A stretch of 64,000 nucleotides of DNA. Source: an uncultured Actinomycetota bacterium. GTDB lineage: Bacteria > Actinomycetota > Actinomycetes > Propionibacteriales > Nocardioidaceae. The position numbers were made by a program, and so were the translations under genes. Numbering within the stretch: the first letter of the stretch is position 1; each line of letters opens with the position of its first letter. The notes under the pieces are model-generated. The model saw nothing but the letters and a program-made list of their open reading frames with translations. It was not told the DNA's origin and made no database searches. The DNA lies in the NCBI GenBank assembly GCA_963784545.1, contig CAWARQ010000002.1:571512-635511 (forward strand), given 5' to 3'. This document shows positions 10,201 through 18,148 of the stretch, piece after piece.

Positions 10201-10485
10201 CGAGGCGATCGGCTGCGCGAGGGCGCGCCCGAGCCGCGCCGTGATCCGGTCGCGCAGCTGCTCGGCCGCCTTGCGGGAGAACGTGAGGGCCAGGATCGCC
10301 TCCGGCTTCACGCCGTCCTCGACCTTGCGGACGATCGCCTCGACCAGCGTCGTGGTCTTGCCGGTGCCGGGACCGGCCAGGACCAGGAGCGGCCCTCCGG
10401 TGTGGTCGACCACTCGCTGCTGCTCGGCGTCGAGCACCGGCGGCGCGAGGTGCGGCCGCTCGCGCACGAGCGTGTAGGTGGTCAT
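7270..10485 (-). CDS. adnA: Helicase-nuclease AdnA (UvrD-like plus nuclease with Fe-S cysteines)
   Basis: AGPGTGKTT, VDEYQDT, TAHRSKGLEW, GFADRLE...VVDFKT, CPAQW and CRECQFVAICP. Start set to ATG 10485 (MTTYTL), with a GAGGCGG SD. Confidence 0.88.
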   Translation of the reverse strand: MTTYTLVRERPHLAPPVLDAEQQRVVDHTGGPLLVLAGPGTGKTTTLVEAIVRKVEDGVKPEAILALTFSRKAAEQLRDRITARLGRALAQPIASTFHSFAYGLVRSSSPRELYDAPLRLLSAPEADVVLRALLTDNPESITWPEQLQRALGTRGFALEVQAVLARAREKGLDPGGLIGLGEDGVPEFLAAGRFLEQYLTILDNLGATDYPDLIRRAVIEAETHREDLRRQFSHVFVDEYQDTDPGQVALLRALAGDGRNLVVVGDPHQSIYGFRGAEVRGILDFPVQFPAPDGSKAPVVVLRRTRRFGPRLMLAAGRVAERLTLTGSIDPTDRAAFAEPLAEPGPHGDGRVEVFTFDTERAEAERVGDLLRRAHLEDGLAWHDMAVLVRSGRATLPALRRALAAAGVPVEIAGDDLPLVLDPAVRPLLDAVRAVVNLDNHDPDDSGYLDPGRIEGLLLSPLGGLDASDLRALVRRLRARDKAQPPTSGPRPSRELLRLAVVQHGFLDGLSGPETERAARLAGLLRSGADLLIGGAGAEDLIWHLWNGTSWPRRLRDQVEAGGASARRAHRDLDSVVALFDLAGRAAEQREHVGVADFLASLSAQQIPADTLAEKGVRGSAVRLLTAHRSKGLEWELVVVAHVQQEGWPDVRRRTSLLGADRIGLHADGRAQLVEPPSARALLMEERRLFYVACTRARRRLVVTAVQSPEDDGEQPSRFLAELGVTIEHRDGRPPRPLSLGGLVAELRRTAADPATPVPLREAAARRLGALAAEEVDGRALVPAADPSSWWGTRSATRAVTPVRDPGRPVPVSASMLKSMVVCPAQWYFEREAGGVSLAHQAANLGQILHALAERVAKQELPADPAVLMAEVDAVWDRLAFRTPWSRHREHERIRRAVDRFVAWHESNPRELIAAEAKFASTVTIDDQEIELVGFADRLELDADGGVVVVDFKTSRGAPTGPQVKSDLQLALYQYAVDTGAVDEQLGRPARSGGAELVQLGVEDDSTGAKVQPQAAHAEDGPERETLQLGLTRASLLVRAETFPATAGPYCRECQFVAICPAKSAGSVISQ

Positions 10486-10562
10486 GAGGCCGCCTCGCGA
10501 GGACACGAGCGCAGCGAGGCCCGGAGCGAGGTGCGCCGAGTGGCCAATCCAGGACCGGTCAT
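10482..10562 (-). mobile_element. 77-bp start-codon-associated element, copy 3; 26-aa mini-ORF MTGPGLATRRTSLRASLRSCPREAAS coupled to adnA
   Basis: Similar to the copies at 17991-18148. ATGACC appears at both ends, and the stop TGA overlaps the adnA ATG. The mobile-element label is inference. Confidence 0.6.
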
Positions 10563-10604
10563 GGAACCAACCCAATCATCCGGGGCCGACACTAGGGTCG
10601 AGCC

Positions 10605-11765
10605 ATGACCGAAGGCCCGCTCTCCGACCTGCTCGTCCTCGACCTGACCCGTGCGCTCGCGGGGCCGCACGCGGGGATGATGCTGGCCGACCAGGGCGCC
10701 CGCGTGATCAAGGTCGAGTCCCCCACCGGCGACGACTCGCGCGGGTGGGGGCCGCCGTTCGTCGGGCCGGACGACGCGCAGGAGTCGACGTACTTCTTCT
10801 CGGCCAACCGCAACAAGGAGTCCGTGGTCCTCGACCTCAAGGCCGACTCCGACAAGGAGACGCTCGCGCGGCTGATCGAGCGGGCCGACGTGCTGCTGGA
10901 GAACTTCCGGGTCGGCGTCCTGGACCGGCTCGGGTTCTCGGTCGCGCGGATGCACGAGCTCAACCCGCGGCTGGTGATCATGCAGATCACCGGGTTCGGC
11001 CACGACGGACCCGAGGCCACGCGCGCCGGCTACGACCAGATCGCCCAGGGTGAGGGCGGCCTGATGTCGCTGACCGGCACCGACCAGCCGACCAAGGTCG
11101 GCGTCCCGGTGGCCGACCTGATCGCGGGGATGTACGGCGCCTTCGGCGTGCTGGCCGCCCTGCACGAGCGCACGATCACGGGTCGCGGGAAGGTCGTCCA
11201 CACCTCACTGCTGGCCGGCATGGTCGGCGTGCACGCGTTCCAGGGCACCCGGTGGACGGTCGCCGGTGAGGTCCCGGGGCTGGCCGGTGGGCACCACCCG
11301 GCGATCGCGCCGTACGGGATGTTCGCCTCTGCGACGGCCCCGGTGCAGATCGCGTGCGGCTCGGAGAGCCTCTGGCGGGCGATGTGTGCGGCGTTCGGCT
11401 GGGACGCGACCGATCCGCGGTTCGCCACCAACGCTCTGCGGGTGCAGAACCGCGATGCTCTGATCGAGCAGATCGAGGGGCACTTCGCCTCGGCTCCGGC
11501 CGAGGACTGGCTGGCCGCCCTGGCCGAGGCCGGGGTGCCGGCCGGCAAGGTCCGGTCGCTGGACGACGTCTACTCCTGGGAGCAGACCCTGTCCCAGGGC
11601 TTGCTCGTCTCGGTCGACCACCCGACCGTCGGCCCGATCGACCTGCCCGGGTCCGCGCTCCGGTACGACGACAACGCCTACGCCGGTGGGCGGCCGGTCA
11701 ACGACCCGCCGCCCACCCTCGGCCAGCACACCGACGCCGTACGCCGCTGGCTGGACGGGAGCTGA
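10605..11765 (+). CDS. CoA-transferase family III (CaiB/BaiF)
   Basis: VLDLTRALAGP, VIKVESPTGDDSR, NRNKESVVLDLK, ENFRVG, GYDQIAQG; TAGGGT -10 is 6 nt upstream. Confidence 0.92.
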   Translation: MTEGPLSDLLVLDLTRALAGPHAGMMLADQGARVIKVESPTGDDSRGWGPPFVGPDDAQESTYFFSANRNKESVVLDLKADSDKETLARLIERADVLLENFRVGVLDRLGFSVARMHELNPRLVIMQITGFGHDGPEATRAGYDQIAQGEGGLMSLTGTDQPTKVGVPVADLIAGMYGAFGVLAALHERTITGRGKVVHTSLLAGMVGVHAFQGTRWTVAGEVPGLAGGHHPAIAPYGMFASATAPVQIACGSESLWRAMCAAFGWDATDPRFATNALRVQNRDALIEQIEGHFASAPAEDWLAALAEAGVPAGKVRSLDDVYSWEQTLSQGLLVSVDHPTVGPIDLPGSALRYDDNAYAGGRPVNDPPPTLGQHTDAVRRWLDGS

Positions 11766-11783
11766 CTGGGCAGTTCTGCTGGT

Positions 11784-12890
11784 TCAGCCGAGGTCGACGA
11801 TCGCGGCCACGGGGCCGCCGCCGTCGGGGCCCTGGTGGGCCGCGGAGACCGAGACGAAGACCGCCGGGTCGCCGGTGACCGCCGCGGTCACGCCGCCGAC
11901 GCAGGCCTTGATCTGGCGGTGCCAGTGGACGTCGGAGTCGTCGAGCATGGCGTTGCGGCGTCCGCGGACCTGACCGTCCTGGGAGACCTCGCACTTGAGG
12001 AACACGTTGACCAGCCGGCCGTCGAGGTCGGAGGTGTGCGGCCGCTCGGGGAGGTCGAGACCGGCGTCCTTGATGGCGTTCCAGATGCCGTCGGCGTCCA
12101 GGGCGTCCTTCATGACCGAGTGGCCGATCCGGTACCGCCCGCCGACGCCCTTCGCGTTGCCGACGACCACGATCTGCGCCTGGTCGAGCTCGACACCGGA
12201 GGAGCACGAGGCGACGCTCGAGAACAGGTCGCGGTTGTGCATGACGTCCTCGTCCGAGGGCATCTCGATCTCGCCGAGCGCGACCGCGATGCCGAGCCCG
12301 GTGGTGCCGTTGGAGAGGTCCATGGACTCGTGCGTGTGCTCGGTCCACACCGTCTTGCCGCGTGACTTGGCGTCGCGGATGGTGTGGATGGTCAGCAGCG
12401 GCGTCTTGGTCTGGACGTAGTGGACGTCGGCCGGGTCGGTGATGCCGGCCCGCTCCATCGCCACCTTCACGCCGTCGGCGACCTTGCGGATCATCCCGAC
12501 GTACCCGATCTCCTCGGGGAGGATCGCCTCGCTCATGGCGAACCCGGCCGTCAGCCGCATCTCCTCCTTCGACGGGTCGTCGTCGGCCACGTCAGTGGTG
12601 GCGAAGATCGTGGCGTGCGGGCTGATGACGCCGTCGGTGCCGCCGGACCACACGATCGGGACGCCCTTGACCTGCTCGGGGTCGGCGCCCTTGGCGACCA
12701 GCGCCTCGCGGAACGCCCGGTCGGCGATGATCCGCGTGTAGTCGTTGACCCCGCCGTTGCCCTCGGTCTTGCCGATGATCGCGAAGACGCGGTCGGCGGC
12801 GATGACGCCGTCGTCGATCAGCTTCGTGAGCTCCGAGGCGTCGGCGACGGAGTGGATCGGGACCTTGCGGACTTCGATCGCAGAGGGCAT
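11784..12890 (-). CDS. bar: Barbiturase (cyclic amide hydrolase, AtzD/Bar family)
   Basis: [21 protein letters not shown]...[62 protein letters not shown]. Closely follows the Rhodococcus barbiturase sequence as I recall it; 368 aa from ATG 12890. Confidence 0.88.
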   Translation of the reverse strand: MPSAIEVRKVPIHSVADASELTKLIDDGVIAADRVFAIIGKTEGNGGVNDYTRIIADRAFREALVAKGADPEQVKGVPIVWSGGTDGVISPHATIFATTDVADDDPSKEEMRLTAGFAMSEAILPEEIGYVGMIRKVADGVKVAMERAGITDPADVHYVQTKTPLLTIHTIRDAKSRGKTVWTEHTHESMDLSNGTTGLGIAVALGEIEMPSDEDVMHNRDLFSSVASCSSGVELDQAQIVVVGNAKGVGGRYRIGHSVMKDALDADGIWNAIKDAGLDLPERPHTSDLDGRLVNVFLKCEVSQDGQVRGRRNAMLDDSDVHWHRQIKACVGGVTAAVTGDPAVFVSVSAAHQGPDGGGPVAAIVDLG

Positions 12891-12912
12891 GGGGTTTCCT
12901 TCCGGTTGTCTT

Positions 12913-13890
12913 CTACTCGGGTACGACGGTGTCGAGGTCGTCACCAGGGACGACGACGGTGCCGACGGTCTCACCGGACGCGAGTCCGGCGACGGCACGG
13001 GCGATGCTGGGCAGGTCGGTGATGACGCCGGGGCGTCCGGTGTGCTCGACGAAGCGGCAGACGGCGTCCACCTTCGGCCCCATCGAGCCGCTGGCGAAGT
13101 GGCCGGCGTCGGCGTGCTCGCGCATCTGGGCCAGCGTGACCCGGCCGACGTCCTCGGCGTCCGGGGTGCCGAACGACAGGACGGCGTGCGGGACGTCAGT
13201 CGCGACGATGAGTGCGTCGGCCTCGACCGAGCGGGCCAGCAGCGCAGCGCCGAGGTCCTTGTCGATGACGGCCTCGACTCCGGCCAGAGAGCCGTCGGGC
13301 TGGCGGGTGACCGGGATGCCGCCGCCGCCGTTCGCGATCACGACGAAGCCGGCCTCGATCAGGGCGAGCACTGCCGGGGCGTCGAGGATCTCCAGCGGCT
13401 CGGGCGAGGCCACGACCCGGCGCCAGCCCTTCTCGCCGCGGTCCTCCCACGTCTCGCCGTGCTGGACCAGCAGCCGCGCCTCGGCCTCGGGCAGGAACCG
13501 CCCGATCGGCTTGGTCGGCTTGGTGAACCCCGCGTCGCTGCGGTCGACGAGCGTGCGCGTCACCACGGTCGCCGTACGCCGCTCGACGCCGCGCTTCGCG
13601 AGGGCGGCCTCGAGGGCGTCCATGAGCACGAACCCGAGGGTCGCCTGCGTCTGCGCCCCACACCAGTCCAGCGGGACCGGCGGGACGACCGCAGCGGCGA
13701 GCTCGTTCTTCACCAGGAGGTTGCCGACCTGGGGGCCGTTGCCGTGGGTGATGACCACGTCGTGCCGGTCGGCCAGCAGCTCGGCGACCGACGCCATCGC
13801 CGTCTCGGCGGCCTCGATCTGGTCCTCCGGACGAGCCCGGCCCTCCGCGTTGGTCATGGCGTTGCCGCCGAGCGCGAGGAGGACCTTCAT
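12913..13890 (-). CDS. arcC: Carbamate kinase
   Basis: [56 protein letters not shown]; ATG 13890 with TAGCGT -10 7 nt upstream. Confidence 0.95.
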   Translation of the reverse strand: MKVLLALGGNAMTNAEGRARPEDQIEAAETAMASVAELLADRHDVVITHGNGPQVGNLLVKNELAAAVVPPVPLDWCGAQTQATLGFVLMDALEAALAKRGVERRTATVVTRTLVDRSDAGFTKPTKPIGRFLPEAEARLLVQHGETWEDRGEKGWRRVVASPEPLEILDAPAVLALIEAGFVVIANGGGGIPVTRQPDGSLAGVEAVIDKDLGAALLARSVEADALIVATDVPHAVLSFGTPDAEDVGRVTLAQMREHADAGHFASGSMGPKVDAVCRFVEHTGRPGVITDLPSIARAVAGLASGETVGTVVVPGDDLDTVVPE

Positions 13891-13927
13891 GAAGGCAACG
13901 CTAATGAGCGCCACCCGACCTCCCATC

Positions 13928-13972
13928 GGCAAGACTTGTCAGGCGCGCAAGAGGGTGACGGCAGGAGTTGCC
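13928..13972 (-). promoter_or_regulatory. Paired GGCA-N5-TGCC boxes (candidate PucR sites) at the arcC-bar promoter
   Basis: GGCAAGACTTGTC at 13928-13940 and GGCAGGAGTTGCC at 13960-13972 (32 bp apart); proximal box 24 nt from the -10. Confidence 0.65.
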
Positions 13973-14000
13973 AACGGGCCGTTCGGGCGAGACCGCCGCG

Positions 14001-14777
14001 TCAGAACGGGACGGCCACCCGGAGCAGCCCGTCGCCGGTGGCGCGCTGGGACGTGATCCGACAGAACTCGACAGCGTCGAGCCGCAGCTCCTCCGCAGAT
14101 GGATCGCCGAAGCGGCCGCCGGCCGGGCCCTCGAGCACCAGGTCCACCGGTCGGCCGTGCCGTTCCAGCCACTCCCGCGCAACACCGGCGACGACCCAGC
14201 CGTCGTGGTCGGCGGTGAGGAGCGGCTCCGAGCCCAGCGCCCGTGCCACGTCGATCCGGTGCATCCAGGCGTCCCGCGTGAGGATGACGTCCACCAGGTA
14301 GCCGAGGCTCCACCGCTCCTTCGCACCGGGCACCTCCACCGGGAACGTGACCAAGCGCCGCATCGGGCCCGGCGTGTTCCGGCGGCCGCGTGCGGCCGGA
14401 CCCACCATCGAGCCGAGCTCGGCCACCAGCTCCGCGGTGCCGAGAGACGCAGTGCGTTCGACCTGGATCTCGGTCATCACGTCCGTGTCGTTGTCCTCGC
14501 TCCGCCGGGACCGTCGTTTGACCTCGATCTGCTGGCTGGCGAACTCCTTGAGCGAGGCGGCGGCGCGCATGGCGCCGAGCACGTGCCCCGCCATGGTGCG
14601 GACGTCCCACCCCGGGCACTCGGTCGGTGTCTCCCACTGCTCGGGGGTGAGGCCGGCAACCGCGTCCACGAACCGCTGGTAGGCAACCTCGGCCTCGTGC
14701 AGGGCACGCGCGCGGTCGTGGTCGGGTGGCACGAACCGGGTGCCGGGGGTGCGCTGGATCGGGCTGGTGGTGCTCAT
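14001..14777 (-). CDS. Mycothiol-dependent maleylpyruvate isomerase (MDMPI)/DinB-like family protein
   Basis: LTPEQWETPTECPGWDVRTMAGHV and DAWMHRIDV His motifs; 258 aa. Confidence 0.85.
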   Translation of the reverse strand: MSTTSPIQRTPGTRFVPPDHDRARALHEAEVAYQRFVDAVAGLTPEQWETPTECPGWDVRTMAGHVLGAMRAAASLKEFASQQIEVKRRSRRSEDNDTDVMTEIQVERTASLGTAELVAELGSMVGPAARGRRNTPGPMRRLVTFPVEVPGAKERWSLGYLVDVILTRDAWMHRIDVARALGSEPLLTADHDGWVVAGVAREWLERHGRPVDLVLEGPAGGRFGDPSAEELRLDAVEFCRITSQRATGDGLLRVAVPF

Positions 14778-15370
14778 GCGTGCTCCTCGTCGGGCTCGGT
14801 GGTCAGACCGACGTGGTCACAGAACATCGTGACCGCCTCGTCGGCGAGGCTGGACCAGCGATCACCGCTGGGATCGTTGGACATCTGTTGCGCGGCCAGT
14901 CCCGAGATGACCGAGGTCCACAGGTCGTGGTGCCGGGACTCGGTGACGCCGACTCCGGCGAGGGCCTGGTTGGTGAACTCCAAGTTGTCGACGGCCAGGG
15001 CGTAAGACTCCGGCGAGGGCTCGAACCCGGGGACCGCGCGCTGGAACATCAGCAGGTAGCGGGCCGGATCTTCGACGCAGAACTGCAGGAAGGCCCGGGC
15101 TCCCCGCCGCAGTCGAGCCCGGGGTGGACCGGAGTCGTCGAGGCCGCTCAGGACGTGCGCCAGCTGGCGCTGGCCCTGGGCGAACATCAGGTCGTAGATG
15201 CCCTCCTTCGACGCGACGTAGGTGTAGAGGCTGGGCGCACGCATGCCGACCTCGGCGGCCACGTCACGCAGCGAGATCGCGGCCAACCCGCGCTCGCGCG
15301 CGATCGACCATGCGACCTCGAGGATCTGCTGGCGGACGTGGTCCCGTCGGCCTTCGCGTGCGTCTAACAT
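14774..15370 (-). CDS. TetR/AcrR family transcriptional regulator
   Basis: N-terminal HTH ISLRDVAAEVGMRAPSLYTYVASKEG; stop overlaps the MDMPI start. Confidence 0.92.
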   Translation of the reverse strand: MLDAREGRRDHVRQQILEVAWSIARERGLAAISLRDVAAEVGMRAPSLYTYVASKEGIYDLMFAQGQRQLAHVLSGLDDSGPPRARLRRGARAFLQFCVEDPARYLLMFQRAVPGFEPSPESYALAVDNLEFTNQALAGVGVTESRHHDLWTSVISGLAAQQMSNDPSGDRWSSLADEAVTMFCDHVGLTTEPDEEHA

Positions 15371-15406
15371 CGTTAGGATGATCTAACGATGTTAGAGGTT
15401 CGTCAA
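15363..15406 (-). promoter_or_regulatory. TetR promoter with double palindromic operator
   Basis: CTAAC-N3-GTTAG at 15364-15376 and 15383-15395, together forming a perfect 14-bp inverted repeat. Promoter reads TTGACG-N17-GATCAT-N7-ATG. Confidence 0.8.
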
Positions 15407-16078
15407 CCCCCGTGGGCCCCGACCCAGCAGCGCGCGCAAGGGCAGAGTGCCGACGGGCAGGCCGTGCGCGTCGTAGTAGGCGAACATCGCCGACAGCCAG
15501 GGGTGGCTGCGGGGGTCGGGGACCTGGGTGGCGCCGACCCCCGCCTCTGCGGCCAGCTCGGCGACGGTCGCGACCCGGCTGGCGAGCTCGTACGTCGCGC
15601 CGGCGTGCCCGTCCTCGGCCAGCACGACGGTGGCGACCTCGCCGAGGTCGGCCAGGTCGAGGAAGCCGAAGAGGGCGTCGACGGAGTACGGCACCTCGAG
15701 CGGCCGCGACCGGTCGAAGTTCTGCAGGTAGACGCCGGGCTGGAGGATCGTCCAGGCGAGGCCACTGCGCCGCACCAGGTCCTCCGAGGCGGCCTTGCCG
15801 AGGTGGTGCGGCATCTCCGGCACGTACGGCGAGGCCACCGAGTGGTAGACCACCCGATCGACTCCGGCCGCCCGGAGCGCGCCGAGCGCGGCGGCGACGT
15901 AGGTCGGCTCGTCGGGGTGCAGGTTCGGCGCGATGAGGTACGCCGCCTCGCAGCCGCGCAGACCGGCGGCGAGGTCGTCGCGCCGGCCCAGCGGCACCGG
16001 GTCTGTCCCGCGTGCCTCCAGCGCCGAGGACACCGCACGCCCGGTCTTGCCGTGGCCGCCCAGGATCGCGACGCGCAT
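15392..16078 (-). CDS. NmrA-like NAD(P)H-binding protein
   Basis: VAILGGHGKTGR Rossmann motif, TILQPGVYLQN; TGATG-coupled to hydantoinase B. Confidence 0.85.
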   Translation of the reverse strand: MRVAILGGHGKTGRAVSSALEARGTDPVPLGRRDDLAAGLRGCEAAYLIAPNLHPDEPTYVAAALGALRAAGVDRVVYHSVASPYVPEMPHHLGKAASEDLVRRSGLAWTILQPGVYLQNFDRSRPLEVPYSVDALFGFLDLADLGEVATVVLAEDGHAGATYELASRVATVAELAAEAGVGATQVPDPRSHPWLSAMFAYYDAHGLPVGTLPLRALLGRGPRGLTNL

Positions 16079-17994
16079 CAGACCAGGTCGACCTCGGCGT
16101 GGGCGGCACCGTCGGCGAGCGTGGCGTAACCCGGCCCGCGGTCGAACATCGGAGCCTCCGCGCGCGCGGCCGCCAGCTCGCCCCGGCGGGTGGACGTGGC
16201 GTCAAGGTCCACGGCGAGCGAGTCGTCGTCGAGCGAGCCGGTCAGCACGACGCCGTACTGGTCGGAGGCGGCCTCGAGGGAGACCTTGCGCCAGACCACG
16301 TCGCGACACACGAGCGCCGGGTCGCGTTCAAGAGGGTCCCCCCAGCCGCCGCCACCGGTGGTCCGGATCCGGATCAGCTCTCCGGCCTTCACCGGCTCCG
16401 CGTCGGCCAGCGCGTCGACCTCGCGCTCGTGCGGCCCACCCGGGTCGACGGTCACCTGGAACGGAGAGCCCGCGAGGCCGCCCTTGACCCCCCAGCACGC
16501 CAGGATCGACCGGTCGGCGATCGACATGAAGTGGGCGTCCTTGAGCATCCGGATCTGCTTCTCGTAGCCCAGCCCGCCGCGGAACTTGCCCGCCCCACCG
16601 GAGTCGACCGCCAACGACAGCGATTCGACGAGGAACGGGAACCGCGACTCGGTGAACTCGCTCGGCAGGTTCCGCGAGTCCGGGACGACGTGGATGGTGT
16701 CCTCGCCGTCGGCGTAGTAGCGGCCACCGGAGCCGCCGCCGAGCACCTCCCGCATGAGGTAGGGCCGGCCCTCGCGGTCCTCGCCGTACACACCGGTGTA
16801 GCGGATCGTCTCCTGGTCCGCCGGCATCTTGCCGTCGACCGCCTTCGCGACGACACCGGCGAGGACGCCGAGCAGTCGCAGGATCACGAACGTGCGGGCG
16901 TTGGTCGGCGCCGGGAAGACCGGCGTGATCAGCGTCCCGGGCTCCGGGAAGCGCATCTCGATCAGCGGCACGATCCCCTCGTTGACGTCGAGCTCGGCCA
17001 TCCGCTCCGGCGACTCCGCCAGGTTGCGCAGGATCGGTGCCAGCCACTTCTTGAGGAAGACCCCGTCGGAGTAGTCGCCGCAGTGGTTGATCGGCCCCTT
17101 GGCCTGCGGGCCGGTGCCGTCGAAGTCGAGGACCAGCCGCTCACCGTCGGGGTCGTCGGCGGCCGTCCGGGTCAGGGTGATCCGCTGCGTGTGCAGCCGC
17201 GGCTCGTCGACGCCGTCGTGCTCGGCGTAGTCCTCCCAGGTCCAGGTCCCGACCGGGATCACCGACAGGATCTCGCGGCGGTACGTCGTGGTGGTGCGGT
17301 CGAGGATGGCGTCGAAGCAGGACTCCACGACCTCGACGCCGTACCGGTCGAACATCTCCCCCAGCCGGCGCGCGCCCATGAGGCAGGCGCTGCACTCGGC
17401 GTCCAGGTCGGCCGCCAGCGACTCGGGCATCCGGGAGTTGCGGGTCATGATCGCCAGCGCCGACCGGTTGGGGACGCCGGCGTCCCACAGCTTGATCGGC
17501 GGGACCATCAGCCCCTCCTCGAAGACGCTGGTCGCCTGGCTCGGCATGGAGCCGGGGACCGCGCCGCCGATGTCGTCGTGGTGGCCGAACGCCTGGACGA
17601 ACGCGACCACCCTGCCCGCGGAGAGGACAGGGACAGTCACGCAGAGGTCCGGGAGATGGCCGATGCCGCCCTCGGAGCGGTAGACGTCGTTGTGGAAGAA
17701 GACGTCGCCCTCCCTCATCTCCGCCAACGGGAAGTCGCGCGCGACCGGGTGGACGAGAGCGGAGTACGACCGACCGGTCAGCTTGCGCAACAGCCGGTCG
17801 TGGATGCCCGCACGGAAGTCGTGGGCGTCGCGGATCATCGGGCTTCGGCTGGTGCGCGCGATCGCGGTCTCGACCTCCATCTCGACGCTCGCCAGAGTGC
17901 CCTGGACGATCTCGACCAGCACCGGGTCGGCGCCCGCGCCGGCATCGTCGGTGAGGAAGCCGTACGGGAACTGGGTGGGTGCGCGCCTGCTCAT
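16078..17994 (-). CDS. Hydantoinase B/5-oxoprolinase family subunit
   Basis: RTSRSPMIRDAHDF, GGIGHLPD, GHHDDIGGAVPGSM, SIADRS, IRTTGGGGWGDPLERD. Start set to ATG 17994. Confidence 0.92.
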   Translation of the reverse strand: MSRRAPTQFPYGFLTDDAGAGADPVLVEIVQGTLASVEMEVETAIARTSRSPMIRDAHDFRAGIHDRLLRKLTGRSYSALVHPVARDFPLAEMREGDVFFHNDVYRSEGGIGHLPDLCVTVPVLSAGRVVAFVQAFGHHDDIGGAVPGSMPSQATSVFEEGLMVPPIKLWDAGVPNRSALAIMTRNSRMPESLAADLDAECSACLMGARRLGEMFDRYGVEVVESCFDAILDRTTTTYRREILSVIPVGTWTWEDYAEHDGVDEPRLHTQRITLTRTAADDPDGERLVLDFDGTGPQAKGPINHCGDYSDGVFLKKWLAPILRNLAESPERMAELDVNEGIVPLIEMRFPEPGTLITPVFPAPTNARTFVILRLLGVLAGVVAKAVDGKMPADQETIRYTGVYGEDREGRPYLMREVLGGGSGGRYYADGEDTIHVVPDSRNLPSEFTESRFPFLVESLSLAVDSGGAGKFRGGLGYEKQIRMLKDAHFMSIADRSILACWGVKGGLAGSPFQVTVDPGGPHEREVDALADAEPVKAGELIRIRTTGGGGWGDPLERDPALVCRDVVWRKVSLEAASDQYGVVLTGSLDDDSLAVDLDATSTRRGELAAARAEAPMFDRGPGYATLADGAAHAEVDLV

Positions 17995-18148
17995 GAGGCC
18001 ACCTCGCGAGGACACGAGCGAAGCGAGGCCCGGAGGGAGGTGTGCCGAATGGGCGATTCAATCCGGCTCATGAGGCCACCTCGCGAGGACACGAGCGCAG
18101 CGAGGCCCGGAGTGGGGTGTGCCGAATGGGCGATTCAGAACTGCTCAT
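17991..18148 (-). mobile_element. Two tandem 77-bp elements, each encoding a 26-aa mini-ORF, between hydantoinase A and B
   Basis: Units 17991-18067 and 18068-18144 are near-identical. Mini-ORFs are 18068-18148 (MSSSESPIRHTPLRASLRSCPREVAS) and 17991-18071 (MSRIESPIRHTSLRASLRSCPREVAS). ATGA overlaps occur at 18145-18148, 18068-18071 and 17991-17994. Confidence 0.8.

Noticed and set aside
11784-12890. Cyanuric acid hydrolase AtzD (s-triazine degradation)
   Set aside because: The sequence follows the barbiturase branch as I recall it, and no biuret or allophanate hydrolase genes are evident. A phylogeny would settle it.
17991-18148. CRISPR array interpretation of the 77-bp tandem
   Set aside because: Only two head-to-tail units with no unique spacers, and no cas genes in the window.
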